Assembly: GCF_030144855.1 (NCBI RefSeq)
Contig: NC_082714.1
Location: 36,394,001 to 36,458,000, forward strand
Reading direction: 5' to 3'
Length of the DNA stretch: 64,000 nucleotides
DNA from: Hypanus sabinus
Lineage: Eukaryota
Numbering within the stretch: position 1 is the stretch's first letter; every line of letters starts with the position of its first letter. The notes under the pieces were generated by a model, which did no database searches, was not told the origin of the DNA, and saw only the letters and a program-made list of their open reading frames with translations. Below, piece by piece: positions 53,301-64,000 of this stretch. The translations under genes were made by a program, and so were the position numbers.

Positions 53301-54753
53301 CTGAATTTTTAGAAAAACAGCAACACAGAAGTAGGATTATATCCAAAAGGTTAATTAAGATCTAACCTGCTAAACGTTATAGTGCCAGGGTAAACAAAAA
53401 CAAAGAAAAGTGCTCAAAACTACAGGTAGGCCAAAAATTTATGAAAAAGAAAGAAACATTTAATACTTTTGAACTGCATTGTTTATCTTTTAAAGAGTGT
53501 GACATGATACTGAAATCAGCCCAAATTAGTACTCTGCCTACAGGCTTAGGAGGAAGCGTGTGTGTGCAACTTCCTGCTACATAAAAGGTGAGCTAAGATT
53601 TGGATTGTCCAGATCTATAATGAGACCTGAAAGCCTGCTGGGTTACATCTAGTCACCAGTGGTTATAATCAATTGTGCTATATCACTGATAGCATTACTG
53701 AAAATGCAACTGGAATCTGGATTGGTTATTTCTATTTTCAGAAGACTCCTGGTGTGTGCTAGGTGGCAGTATATTAGCTACTTCAAAACAGGAACTTGGG
53801 CCATTTCATATAAAAATACTTTCCAATACTGCTTTAAGACAGAGCACAGTTTATTTCTAGTAGTTCTTAGTTAAAAAAAATCTTTGATTTGCCAAGAATC
53901 TACACTCAAAAACCCTGAACTAAAAGATGGTATATTTCTAATCTGTCTTCTGGCACAAAACTATTAGATTTTAATAGCGGAGGTTTCTATCTGCTCATCA
54001 AGGTCAATTAACAATTCATGCAACTCATGAATGTTCAACATAAGTCTGCAAAGGAATTTTATAAAAAATAATAGTTGTAAATAACAAATACACATTCACA
54101 ATGAAGTTGAATTCCATGCTGTACCAAACAGTAGTTGTACCTGGCTATGGAAGGGTTATAAACTGATTGAACCAAATGACAAGCTCAATCCATTTTACTA
54201 CAGCTCCAGATATCCAAGTAGTATGGCTGTAATTTGAACCCATTTTTTAATGCAACCCAGTTTTCTCCTTAAAAACCAGCATTTACTTATGCCATTCACT
54301 CTGCCAAGAGACTTCATATCTCAGATAGTTTACATTCAGCAACAGTAAATAGCAGAACTCTAGAATGGGACAGAACCCACTGAGTAGCTTGGATAATAAC
54401 CTACTATTATTGTCCATACAGACTTCCATGTAAAGCACCCTTGGTACAAGCCAATTTGGTACTTGAAACTCAGATTGATCATTGCCCACCTTTTCCATTC
54501 AGTACAAAACAGAAAAAGGGGCCCTAGTGCAATGAGTGTCTAGAACTACTGCTCACTATGCTTCTGAGAACTTGTACGGAACTTGAAAAAGGACATTTAT
54601 AAGCACTTCCATGATGTCAGTATGCTTCCATGTAATATCACTGCAATCTCTCTACACATGGCCAGACTCCAGGCCAGTCTGAACTGAAAGTGCTAGTGGC
54701 ACAGGGAATACCAAGGAGCAATGCCAAATAGAATTATCTCATTTCTTCACCCT
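47335..54753 (-). other. GNA12: Putative long GNA12 3' UTR (up to ~7.4 kb)
   Basis: AT-rich and TE-poor downstream of the stop codon; candidate minus-strand polyA signals at 49374-49379 (AATAAA), 47710-47715 (ATTAAA) and 47351-47356 (AATAAA). True end not determinable from sequence. Confidence 0.45.
50495..50940 (+). mobile_element. Rex1/Babar 3' fragment
   Basis: SSITSKALPSIEHI, ALFSLLPSG; 3' UTR like 39870-40040. Confidence 0.75.
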
Positions 54754-55323
54754 TCACTGCAGCATTACATCTTTCAGATTCTCCTGCAGAATAGTGTCTT
54801 TCACAGCATGAAACACAAACCGAATGTTTTCTGTGTCAATGGCCGTTGTGAAGTGGTGAAACAGTGGCTTGCTGCGATCTCGCCGTTTGTTATTGAAGCA
54901 CTGCACCAAGTATTTTTGTACATCCTCCAGTCTGTGAGGGTTCCATTGAAAGTCTGGGAAGTATTTCTTAATATTAACTGTTTTCACTTTCTCTACAAGC
55001 AAGTCCATTTTGTTGAGGAACAAAATAACAGAGACAGAAGTAAATAATTTGTTGTTTACAATAGTCTCAAAAATGTTCATCGATTCTACCAGACGGTTTG
55101 TCCGCCTGTCTTCCATGAGAACCTGGTCATATTCGCTGGAGGAAACCATGAACAGAATGGACGTAATCCCATCAAAGCACTGAAACCACTTCTGCCGTTG
55201 AGATCGTTGACCACCTACATCTATCATTTTGAAAGGAATGCCTTTTATGATAAAATCATGTTCCACAATTCCTTTGGTGGCCTTTCTTGCAAGGAGAACA
55301 TCATGTCTGCTAGGAAGGTATCT
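54754..55323 (-). CDS. GNA12: G protein subunit alpha-12, final coding exon (189 codons + stop)
   Basis: [40 protein letters not shown]-terminal [10 protein letters not shown] (GNA12-type, unlike GNA13 HDNLKQLMLQ); acceptor ttcttttgtttcAG at 55325-55324, phase 0. Confidence 0.96.
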   Translation of the reverse strand, partial: RYLPSRHDVLLARKATKGIVEHDFIIKGIPFKMIDVGGQRSQRQKWFQCFDGITSILFMVSSSEYDQVLMEDRRTNRLVESMNIFETIVNNKLFTSVSVILFLNKMDLLVEKVKTVNIKKYFPDFQWNPHRLEDVQKYLVQCFNNKRRDRSKPLFHHFTTAIDTENIRFVFHAVKDTILQENLKDVMLQ

Positions 55324-57251
55324 CTGAAACAAAAGAAACCAAATAGGTATCACAAAATAGGTATCTAGATGAGCATATTTTTTCCTAAAAAGACACCACA
55401 GACACAGGAATATGTTATAGTAAATTATATTAATTTCATAATCTAATAGCCATAGATAGTTCAAACTCCAAAATTGAAAGGATACCAACCAGTCAAAACT
55501 GAACTGATCATTTGCATTTAGGAGAGGAAGGGAAGGAGAAAGTAAGTTATTTACCAGATGCGTTTATTTTAAGATATGCATGCAATTTTTTCCTGTAATA
55601 GCTCCCATGCTACGATGTTGGTGGCATGTTCTATATTTAAAAAGTGGTATGGTTTTGCTGTTTATTTCAAATGACTGAAATTAAATTTGTGAACATACAA
55701 AAATTCTCTCAAATTAATGGCTTTTGTTCAGTTCATTGGACACTGAACAATTACAATTTAAAGAAATCCCAAAATTTAACCTAAACAGCACCAGGCATAG
55801 ACCTAACTTGAAGTTTACAAGCTTCAAACAGACATTTCACATCGCATAATTAGAAAGCATGGTTATCTCCAAGGAGATCAAAAGCCGAGGTTTTGGATTT
55901 GCAGAATGCACCAAGATTACTGTCGAGATCACAGCAACAAATTTAAAAAAAAAATTGTATTTGGCATTAATTACAGAAGGTAATATTTCCTCCACCCCAC
56001 CACACTTACAATCTTAACTTTAAAATGGTGAGAATAGCTTTGCTCATCTTCACTGCTGGTATGATGTTGAATTAGTATAAATTCCACCTTATCTGTGCCC
56101 TTTTGGTTGCTCTCTGCTGACTCACTATAATAAATTAGGCAGCAAACTTGTTGCATTACAAGATATGTAAGCACATTATCTGACACTAGTAAGGTGAATA
56201 ATGAATTTGTAAACTAGAGAATTAATCATATTCTGGATTAGTTCTATGTTTTTCGCAAAAGCTTCAAATTAACGAGCTGCCAATTTCTAAGACATTTATG
56301 AATTTCCATGGGATGTGTCAGGAATTTCCCTAATTTTCTTTAAAGGTAGCACCGGCAAGACGCTGTGAAGTTTTTGTGGGCAGATAACAAAACTACTAAC
56401 TATTCTATTAAATATATTTTTTCTGGACCTTGATCATTGAAATCCACAGCTTGTAATATCCATGAGGATGGCGTGTTTTTGAACACGTCCAAGACCTGGC
56501 GCTTTTGCAGCATCTTGAAGGATTTGGAAAACCGGACTCTCAAGAATGTGGATACAGCTGCAGCAACCACTGCTGAAGTGGACTTCGGGCTGCACTGAAG
56601 TGGTAAACCCAGGCCCGAGAGTGAAAAGCAGATTGATATTTAGCTGATTTAAGTGCTGAGCCAGATTTAAAAGATTAAGGCATTGATGCCAGGGGAGAAG
56701 GACTAATCAGTGTTCAGCACACTACTCTGTAAGGCTTTACTCCCCTCAGCACTGAACTCATTCTGCAGATGTGGCCTGCAGCCACTGGGCTCCTGGACTG
56801 GGTGCAGTACTGATCTGGCTATGTGGCTGTGAACTCACTTTTAGGGATTTTGTTGTTCATGCTCTGAACAGATAAAGCATGAAGTGTTGGACACTGTTTT
56901 GAATGCGTTGGCATCCAAAATCGTGCATGGAGAGATGTCAGATACGCTGATCTATCCCAGGTCAGCGGACAAAGCTTCGAGCCAACACTTGACCATTCAA
57001 CACTTTGACAATGCCCTGATGACCAGCATGCAGCTCCTCCAACACTTTCGCTCTCAACTTGCACGGTACAACAACTCTCAATCCCCACACAAGGCAAACT
57101 CTAAAGGGCAAATTCATCTTGGCCCAGGCAAAATGGTGGAACTGGAACTCTGTTACATATTCCAGCCATTTCTGCAGGCCATGTACACCTGAGACAGTGC
57201 AAGGTCTTTTCTGGTTTCCCTTTGGATCATTTCTGCTGTAATAGGGAGACT

Positions 57252-59178
57252 TAGAAACATAGAAAACCTAAAGCACAATACAGGCTCTTTGGCCCACAAT
57301 GCTGTGCTGAACATGTCCCTACCTTAGAACTATCTAGGTTTTACCCATAGCTCTCTATGTTTCTAAGCTCCATGTACCTATCCAGGAGTTTCTTAAAAGA
57401 TCTTATCGTTTCCACCTCCACCACCGTCGCCAGCAGCTCATTCCACACAATCACCACTCTCTGGTTAAAAAAAAAAATTACCCCCGACTTCTCCTCTGTA
57501 CCTACTTCCAAGCACCTTAAAACTGTGCCCTCTCCTGTTAGCCACTTCAGTCCTGGGAAAAAGTCTCCGACTATTCACACAATCAATGCCTCCCATTATC
57601 TTGTACACCTCTATCAGGTCACCTCTCATCCTCAGTTGCTCCAAGTTCACTCAACCCATTCTCATAAGGCATGTTCCCCAATCCAGGCAACATCTTTGTA
57701 AATCTCCTCTGTACCCTTTCTATAGTTTTCACATCCTTCTTATAGTGAAGTGACCAGAACTGAGCACAGTACTCCAAGTGGGGTCTGAACAGGGTTGTGT
57801 ATAGCTGTAACATTACCTCTCGGCTCCTAAACTCAATCCCATGATTGATGAAGGCCAATGCACCGTATGCCTTCTTAACCAGAGTCAACCTGCATAGGAG
57901 CTTTGAGTGTCCTATGGACTCGGACTCCAAGATCTCTGATCCTCCACACTGCCAAGCGTCTTACCATTAATACTGACCAGGTTCATTTATATATATATAT
58001 AAATAGAAAAACACCTAGTAGAGTTATTGACCCCTTCCTGTTTCTAACTTCCGCGGACAATCCCTCCATGACTTCCTCCTTTTCTGCCGCCGTGACACTA
58101 TCTCTGATCAACAGTGCCACGCCCCCACCTCTTTTGACTCCCTCCCTGTCCTTTCTGAAACACCTATAGCCTGGCACTCTAAGTAACCACTCCTGCCCCT
58201 GAACCTTCCAAGTCTCTGTAATGGCTACAACATTATAGCTCCAAGTTCTGACCCACACTCCGAGCTCATCCGCTTTGTTCATGATGCTTCTTGTATTAAA
58301 ATAGACACATCTCAAACTATTATTCTGAGTGCATCCCTTCTCTATCACCTGTCGATCCTCTCACTCACAATGTCTCCAAGCTTTCTCCATTTGTGAGCCA
58401 ACAGTCCCTTCCTCAGTCTCTTCAGTTTGGTTCCCCACCCCCCCCCCCCAGCAATTCTCGTTTAAACTCTCCCTCATAACCTTAGCAAACCTTCCTGCCA
58501 GCATACTGGTCCCCCTCAGATTCAAGTGCAACCTGTCCTTTTTGTACAGGTCATGCCTGCCCCAAAACAGGTCCCAATGATCCAGAAATCTGAATCTATC
58601 AGCCACACATTTATCCTCCACCTCACTCTATTCCTATACTCAGCAGACAGTAATCCCAAGATTACTACCTTTGAGGTCCTACTTCTCAACTTCCTTCCTA
58701 ACTCCCTGTAGTCTGTTTTCAGGACCTCCTCCCTTTTCCTACCTATGTTGTTGGTACCAATATGTACCACGGCCTCTGGCTGTTCAGCTTCCCACTTCAG
58801 GATATTGTGGACATCCTGGACCCTGGCACCTGGGAGGCAAACTACTTGCATCCACAGAATCGCCTCTCGGACCCCCTAACTATATAGTCCCCTATTATTG
58901 CTGCCTTCTTCCTTACCCTACCCTTATGAGCCACAGGGCCAGACTCTATGCCAGAGGTGCAGCCATTGTTGCTTCCCCCATGTGGGCCATTCCCCCCCCC
59001 GCCCCAGCAGTACTCAAAAAGAGTACTTATTATTAAGGGGGACAGCCACAGGGGTACTCTCTAGTATCTGCCTCTTGCTCTTCCCTTTCCTGGTTGTTAC
59101 CCTCTTATCTGTCTCCCGCGGCCCCGGTGTGACTACTTGCCTATAGCTCATGTCACCTCCTCACTTTCCCTGACCAGG
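57252..59178 (-). mobile_element. Internally deleted CR1 in the GNA12 intron (ORF1 esterase, endonuclease start, 3' end)
   Basis: VVCLPGARVQDV, HIGTNNIG, DRLHLN, YFNTRS, ITETW, then directly RPHLEYCAQFW and tail; most of EN-RT missing. Confidence 0.9.
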
Positions 59179-59349
59179 GATCATTTGTATTCTGAAGAAT
59201 ATGTCAAGTGGAGTGCCCTCTTTTTAAAATTATTTTATTTTTTTTTAAAAGGTATTTCCTTTTCAAAGGGTAAACAGGACAATCAATCAGCAATTGTAAC
59301 TATGTCCTTCAAGAAAGAACCCATCTCTTCATTTGTTTGTATATAATTT

Positions 59350-60998
59350 ATGAACAAAGTACATGTGTCTCCACATTTTCTTGCAGGCATTCTCAATAAA
59401 TGCATTATGGGAGAATTTGAGGCCTCCATCGGTCAGGGTCCACCACGTTGTCTCCCAACTGTCTGGATAAACAAGCCAGGACAGTTAGATTCGGAGAGCA
59501 AGCTGTTGCCCATGTAGCAAGCACCCCCTCTCCACGCATCTGTTGAACCCATAGGAACAGCACAGACTGAGACCATTTGGCACCAGCAGCGCTGCAGCAG
59601 TGTTGAAATAAATATATGGCTGCCTTAGGGATTCCAGCTTCAGGTTTTTCCTTAGGGTTTACTCCCGAAGCCTTTCCCATGAGTGGGTACAGGCATAAGG
59701 CAACGAGGTTTGATATCAGAGTTTTCCTTCTCCTAGATGAACTGCCAACCATGGCTGATGAGCCCCATCTGCCCGAAGCAACTAGTAACCCGCATTTGCC
59801 CCTTCTCCTATCTGTAGAAATGGTTCTGCTGGGCTTAGTAGAATAATCAGAATAAAATGAATGAAAGATCACACTACTGGGTGCTCAACCAGTGTGCAAA
59901 AGACATACTGTGAAAATACAAAAATTAATAATAATAATAATAAATAGAGCAATAAACAGAGAACATGAGATGAAGAGTCCTTTCAAGTGAGTTCATAGGT
60001 TGGGAGAACATTTCAATGATGAGGCAAATAAAGCCGAGTGAAGTCATCTCCTTTGGTTCAAGGCCCTGATGGTTGAGGGTAATAACTGTTGCAGAACTTG
60101 ATGGTGAGAGTCTCAAGGCTCCTTTACCTTCTTCTTGATGGCAGCAGCTAAAAGAGAACAGGCTTGGTTGGGGGGTCCCTGATGATGGATGATGCTTTCC
60201 TGCAATAACACTCAATAAGTGTACTCAATGGTGGGGAGAGTTTTACCCATGATGGACTGGGCTGTATCCATTATTTCTTGTAGCAATTTCCATTCAAGGC
60301 ATTGGTGTTTCCATACCAGGCTGTGATGCAACCAGACAATATACTCTTCACCACACATCCATAGAAGCTTGATAAAGTTTGGATGTCATGCCAGATCTTC
60401 ACAAACACCTAAGTAGAGGTGCTACCGTGTTTTCTTTGTAATTGCACTTGCATGCAGAGCCCAGGCCAGACATTCTGAAATAATAATACCAAGGAATTTA
60501 AAGTTGTTGACCCTCTCCACCTCTGATCAAGACCAGCTCATAGACCTTTGGTTTCCTCCTACTGAACCAGCTCTTTCATCTTGCTGACACTGAGTAAGAG
60601 GTTGTGGCATCACTCAGCCATATTTTTCAACTTTCCTCCTATATGCTGACTCATTACCAACTTTGATTCAGCTTACAGCAGTGATGTTATCAGAAAACTT
60701 GAAAATGTCATTGAAGCTGCGCTTAGCCACACAATCACAAGTGTAAAGTGATTTAAGCAGGGGCTAAGCACACAGACTTGTGGTGCACCTGTGCTTATAG
60801 AGATTGTGGAGAAAAATTTTGTCAATCCAAACTGACTGGGGAAAATCGAGAATCCAATTGCACAAGGAGGTATTAAGCCAAGGTTTTGAAGCTTATTGAT
60901 TGGTTTTAAGGGGATGATATCATTGACTACCAAGCTGTAGTCAGCGATGAAGAGCATCCTGATGTATACATCTTTGCTGTCTAGATGTTCCAGGGTGC
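59350..60998 (-). mobile_element. Rex1/Babar LINE remnant
   Basis: MLFIADYS, TGAPQVCVLSP; 3' region with an (AAT)n run near 59925-59945. Confidence 0.75.
59415..59840 (-). mobile_element. RTE-clade-derived non-autonomous retroposon inside the Rex1 tail
   Basis: Minus strand ggggctcatcagcc...atctaggagaaggaaaactctg, an RTE-like leader motif; higher GC than the flanks. Confidence 0.5.
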
Positions 60999-61059
60999 TG
61001 CTGCTGTTAATAGCACAATCTTTTGTGGACTGAAAATGGACACGAATGGTTGATTACCA

Positions 61060-62062
61060 ATAACAAGGGTAAACTATCTCCCATTCAAGTACTGGTTGAA
61101 ACATTTTCATCCCAAACTGTATTCAAGGCCTCTCTGTCAATCTGTGTGTAATTTTTAAGGGAGTATGATGTAAAGGCAATGGGGTGCTCACTTTGATTAC
61201 TCATAACATGTGACATGACTTCACCTAAACAATAAGGCAAGGCGTCACAGGAAAGCTTCACTGAACAATCTGAATCAAAGTGTGAATACAGTGTCTGACA
61301 TTACCGCTCCCTTTGCCTTTTGGAAAGCCACCCCACACTGCTTTTTCCATTACTGTTTCTTCCTGATCAGTAGTAACAAGTTCCAGCAGTGAAGCACAGT
61401 AGCCATGTTTGGCAGGAACCTGTTACAGCCATTGACAAATCTTGAAAGGGACCACAAATGCGATGTTCTTTGGCTTTGGGGCATCCACCACTGCTTAAAT
61501 TTTCTCAACACATATGAGTAAATCTTGTGTGTCAATGGTGTGACCCCAGCAAGTGATGCCTAATTTAAATAACTCAAGAGTTGTTGTGTCAGGCTTTGAG
61601 CCTATAATCTAATTATTTACTGCTGTCTTGAGATTTTGGAGAGGTTCCTCGTCATCCTCACCAGTAAGAGTGACGTCATTGAGGTAACGCTCAGTGCCTG
61701 GGCAGTCTTGCAGCACCTGATCTATAGCTTTCTGCCAGAGTGCAGGTGTAGATGCTAAAGCTACTCCAAAAATAAACATATATAGTGATAATACCTTTTG
61801 TGAGTGTTTATGGACTTTTTCCACCTGCATCGACAGATAGGCCTCAGCTATGTCCACTTTGCTGAAGAGCTTCCCTCCGGAAAGTTATCTTCCATCCTGG
61901 GCTGAGGGTATTGCCCTACTTTCATTACAGGATTGATAGTGACATTGAAATTACCACAGATCCCAAAAGACCCATCCTTCTTGGCTACTGGGACAACTGG
62001 CATTGCCCGTGGTCTCCACTCAATCTTCGAAAGAATTACTTCAGCCTCCATGTGACCTAGCT
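61060..62062 (-). mobile_element. Gypsy (Mag/K02A2.6-like) RT/RNase H remnant
   Basis: VVPVAKKDGSFGICGNFNVTINP, FGVALAS..ALWQKAIDQVL, YLNDV. Confidence 0.85.
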
Positions 62063-64000
62063 CACGTGTTTCTAGAATATTTATGAGATCCTCCCCTCAC
62101 CCTGCCTCATTCTCCTGAACTCCAGGGAATACAGTCCAAGAGCAGCCAGACATTCCTCATACGGTAACCCTTTCATTCCTGGAATCAATCTCATAGAGTG
62201 TTCTCTGAACACTCTCCAATGTTATTATATCCTTTCTAAAATAAGGAGCCCAAAACTGCACACAATACTCCAAGTGTGGTCTCATGAGTCCCTTATAGAG
62301 CCTCAACATCACATCCCTGCTCTTATATTCTATACCTCTAGAAATAAATGCCAACATTGCATTCACCTTCTTCACCACTGACTCAATCTGGAGGTTAACC
62401 TTTAGGGTATCTCGCACAAGGACTCCCAAGTCCCTTTGCATCTCTGCATTTTGAATTCTCTCCCCATCTGCCCATTTAATTTTTCCAAAGTGCACAACCA
62501 TACACTTTCCAACATTGTATTTCATTTGCCACTTCTTTGCCCATTCCTCTAAACTCTCTCTGCAGGCTCTCTGTTTCCTCAACACTACCCGCTCCTCCAC
62601 TTATCTATTAATCCCAAAGTCCAAATCATTGGTATACATTGTAAAAAGCAGCAGTCCGAACACTGACCTCTGTGGAACTCCACTGGTAACTGGCAGCCAG
62701 CCAGAATAGGATCCCTTTATTCCCACTGTTTTCTGCCAATCAGCCAATGCTCCATCCACGCTAGTAACTACCCTGTAAATTCAAGTACACCACATCTACT
62801 GCATCTCCTTTGTCTACCCTGCTTGTAATTTCCTCAAAAAAATTGCAGCAGGTTAGTCAGGCAGGGTTTTCCTTTCAGGAAACCATGCTGGCTTTGGCCT
62901 ATCTTGTCATGTGCCTCCAGCTATTCCATAATCTCATCCCGAACAATCAATTCCAACAACTTACCAACCACTGATGTCAGGCTTTCCTTTCTGCTGCCTC
63001 CCACCCTTCTTAAATAGTGGAGTATCATTTGCAATTTTCCAGTCATCCGGTACAATGCCAGAATCTATTGATTCTTGAAAGATCATTGTTAATGCCTCCG
63101 CAATCTCTCTAGCTACTTCATTCAGAACCTTAGGGTGCATTCTATCAGGTCCAGGAGATTTATCCACCCTCAGATTATTAAGTTTCCTGAGCACCTTTTC
63201 AGTCGTAATTTTAACTGCATATACTTCATTTCCCTGACACTCTTGAATGTCCGGTATACTGCAGATGTCTTCCACTGTGAAGACTGATGCAAAATATGCA
63301 TTCAGTTCCTCTGCCATCTTTGCGTCTCTCATTACAATAACGCCTCCAGCATCATTTTCTAATGGTCCTATATCTACCCTCGACTCGCTTTTACCCTTTA
63401 CGTCCTTAAAAAAGTCTTTTAGTATCTTCTTTGATATTAGTCACCAGCTTCCTTTCATAATTCACCTTTTCATTCCAAATGACCTTGGTTTCCTTCTGCA
63501 AATTTTTAAAAAAGCTTTCCAGTCCTTTATCTTCCCACTAGCTTTGGCTTCCTTGTATGCCCTCTCTTTTGCTTTTACTTTGGTTCTGACTTCACTTGTT
63601 ATCCATGGCAGTCAGTGTCCTTCTTCCATTTGAAAAGTTCTTCTTATTTGGAATATACCCGTCTTACACTTCCTTCATTTTTCGCAGAAACTGGAGCCAT
63701 TGCTGCTCTGCTGTCCTTCCTGCTAGTGTCACTTTCCAGCCAACTTTGGCCAGTTTCCCTCTCATGCCATTGTCATTTCCTTTATTCTACTGAAATACAT
63801 TGGAATTTAGTTTCTCCTCCTCAAATTTCAAAGTGAACACGATCATATTGTGATCATTGTTTCTTAAGGGTTCCTTAACCTTAAGCTCTCTTATCACCTC
63901 CGGATAACTGCACATCACCCAATCCAGCACAGCCAATTCCCTAGTGGGCTCAACAACAAGCTGTTCCAAAAAGCCATCCCCTTAGATATTCTACTAATTC
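62063..64000 (-). mobile_element. CR1 ORF2 fragment, running off the window end
   Basis: NDHNMI, KSPGPD, PLFKKGG, RPHLEYCVQFW. Confidence 0.9.

Noticed and set aside
55324-55488. N-terminal 55 aa of the 244-aa ORF as a hydrophobic GNA12 extension
   Set aside because: Intron read-through: G-alpha similarity begins right after a canonical polypyrimidine-AG acceptor.
56400-57250. GC-richer intronic block with 92-102 aa ORFs
   Set aside because: Looks like degenerate repeat-derived sequence; no G-alpha or other motif and family not assignable.
59754-59780. Plus-strand CTGATGA...CGAAG as a hammerhead ribozyme
   Set aside because: Putative stem II (gcccc/gccc) cannot pair and GAAA is absent.
1-64000. 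CRISPR arrays, retron/DGR-type RT systems, rRNA or tRNA genes
   Set aside because: Vertebrate DNA with no regularly spaced repeats; every RT is explained by LINE or LTR elements; no structural RNA gene recognised.

Overview
Eukaryotic vertebrate genomic DNA. The CR1, Rex1/Babar, V-SINE and Penelope repertoire points to a cartilaginous fish, probably a ray (inference). The only clear host gene is the last coding exon of GNA12 (G-alpha-12) on the minus strand (55323..54754), followed by a long, AT-rich, TE-poor putative 3' UTR running towards ~47.3 kb. The rest is largely a nested transposon graveyard: a near-intact ~4.1 kb CR1 LINE (zinc-finger/leucine-zipper + esterase ORF1, APE-RT ORF2) and many CR1 fragments, Rex1/Babar LINEs, four Gypsy-type LTR retrotransposon remnants (one a chromodomain-bearing sushi-like element), solo LTRs, a twin-primed L1, a Buster/Charlie hAT derivative, a pogo/Tigger-like MITE, L2, Penelope and SINE relics. 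I found no convincing novel multi-gene system. The most interesting signals are mechanistic: a small LTR family found three times, each time inside a Rex1 LINE in the same orientation (both intact TSDs are NATAG); a 130-bp templated insertion of nearby DNA into a Gypsy pol; a textbook twin-priming inversion; a fold-back duplication in an LTR; and a Gly-to-Trp change at a normally conserved position in G-alpha-12. Family assignments rest on motif recognition, not database searches, and degenerate-element boundaries are approximate.
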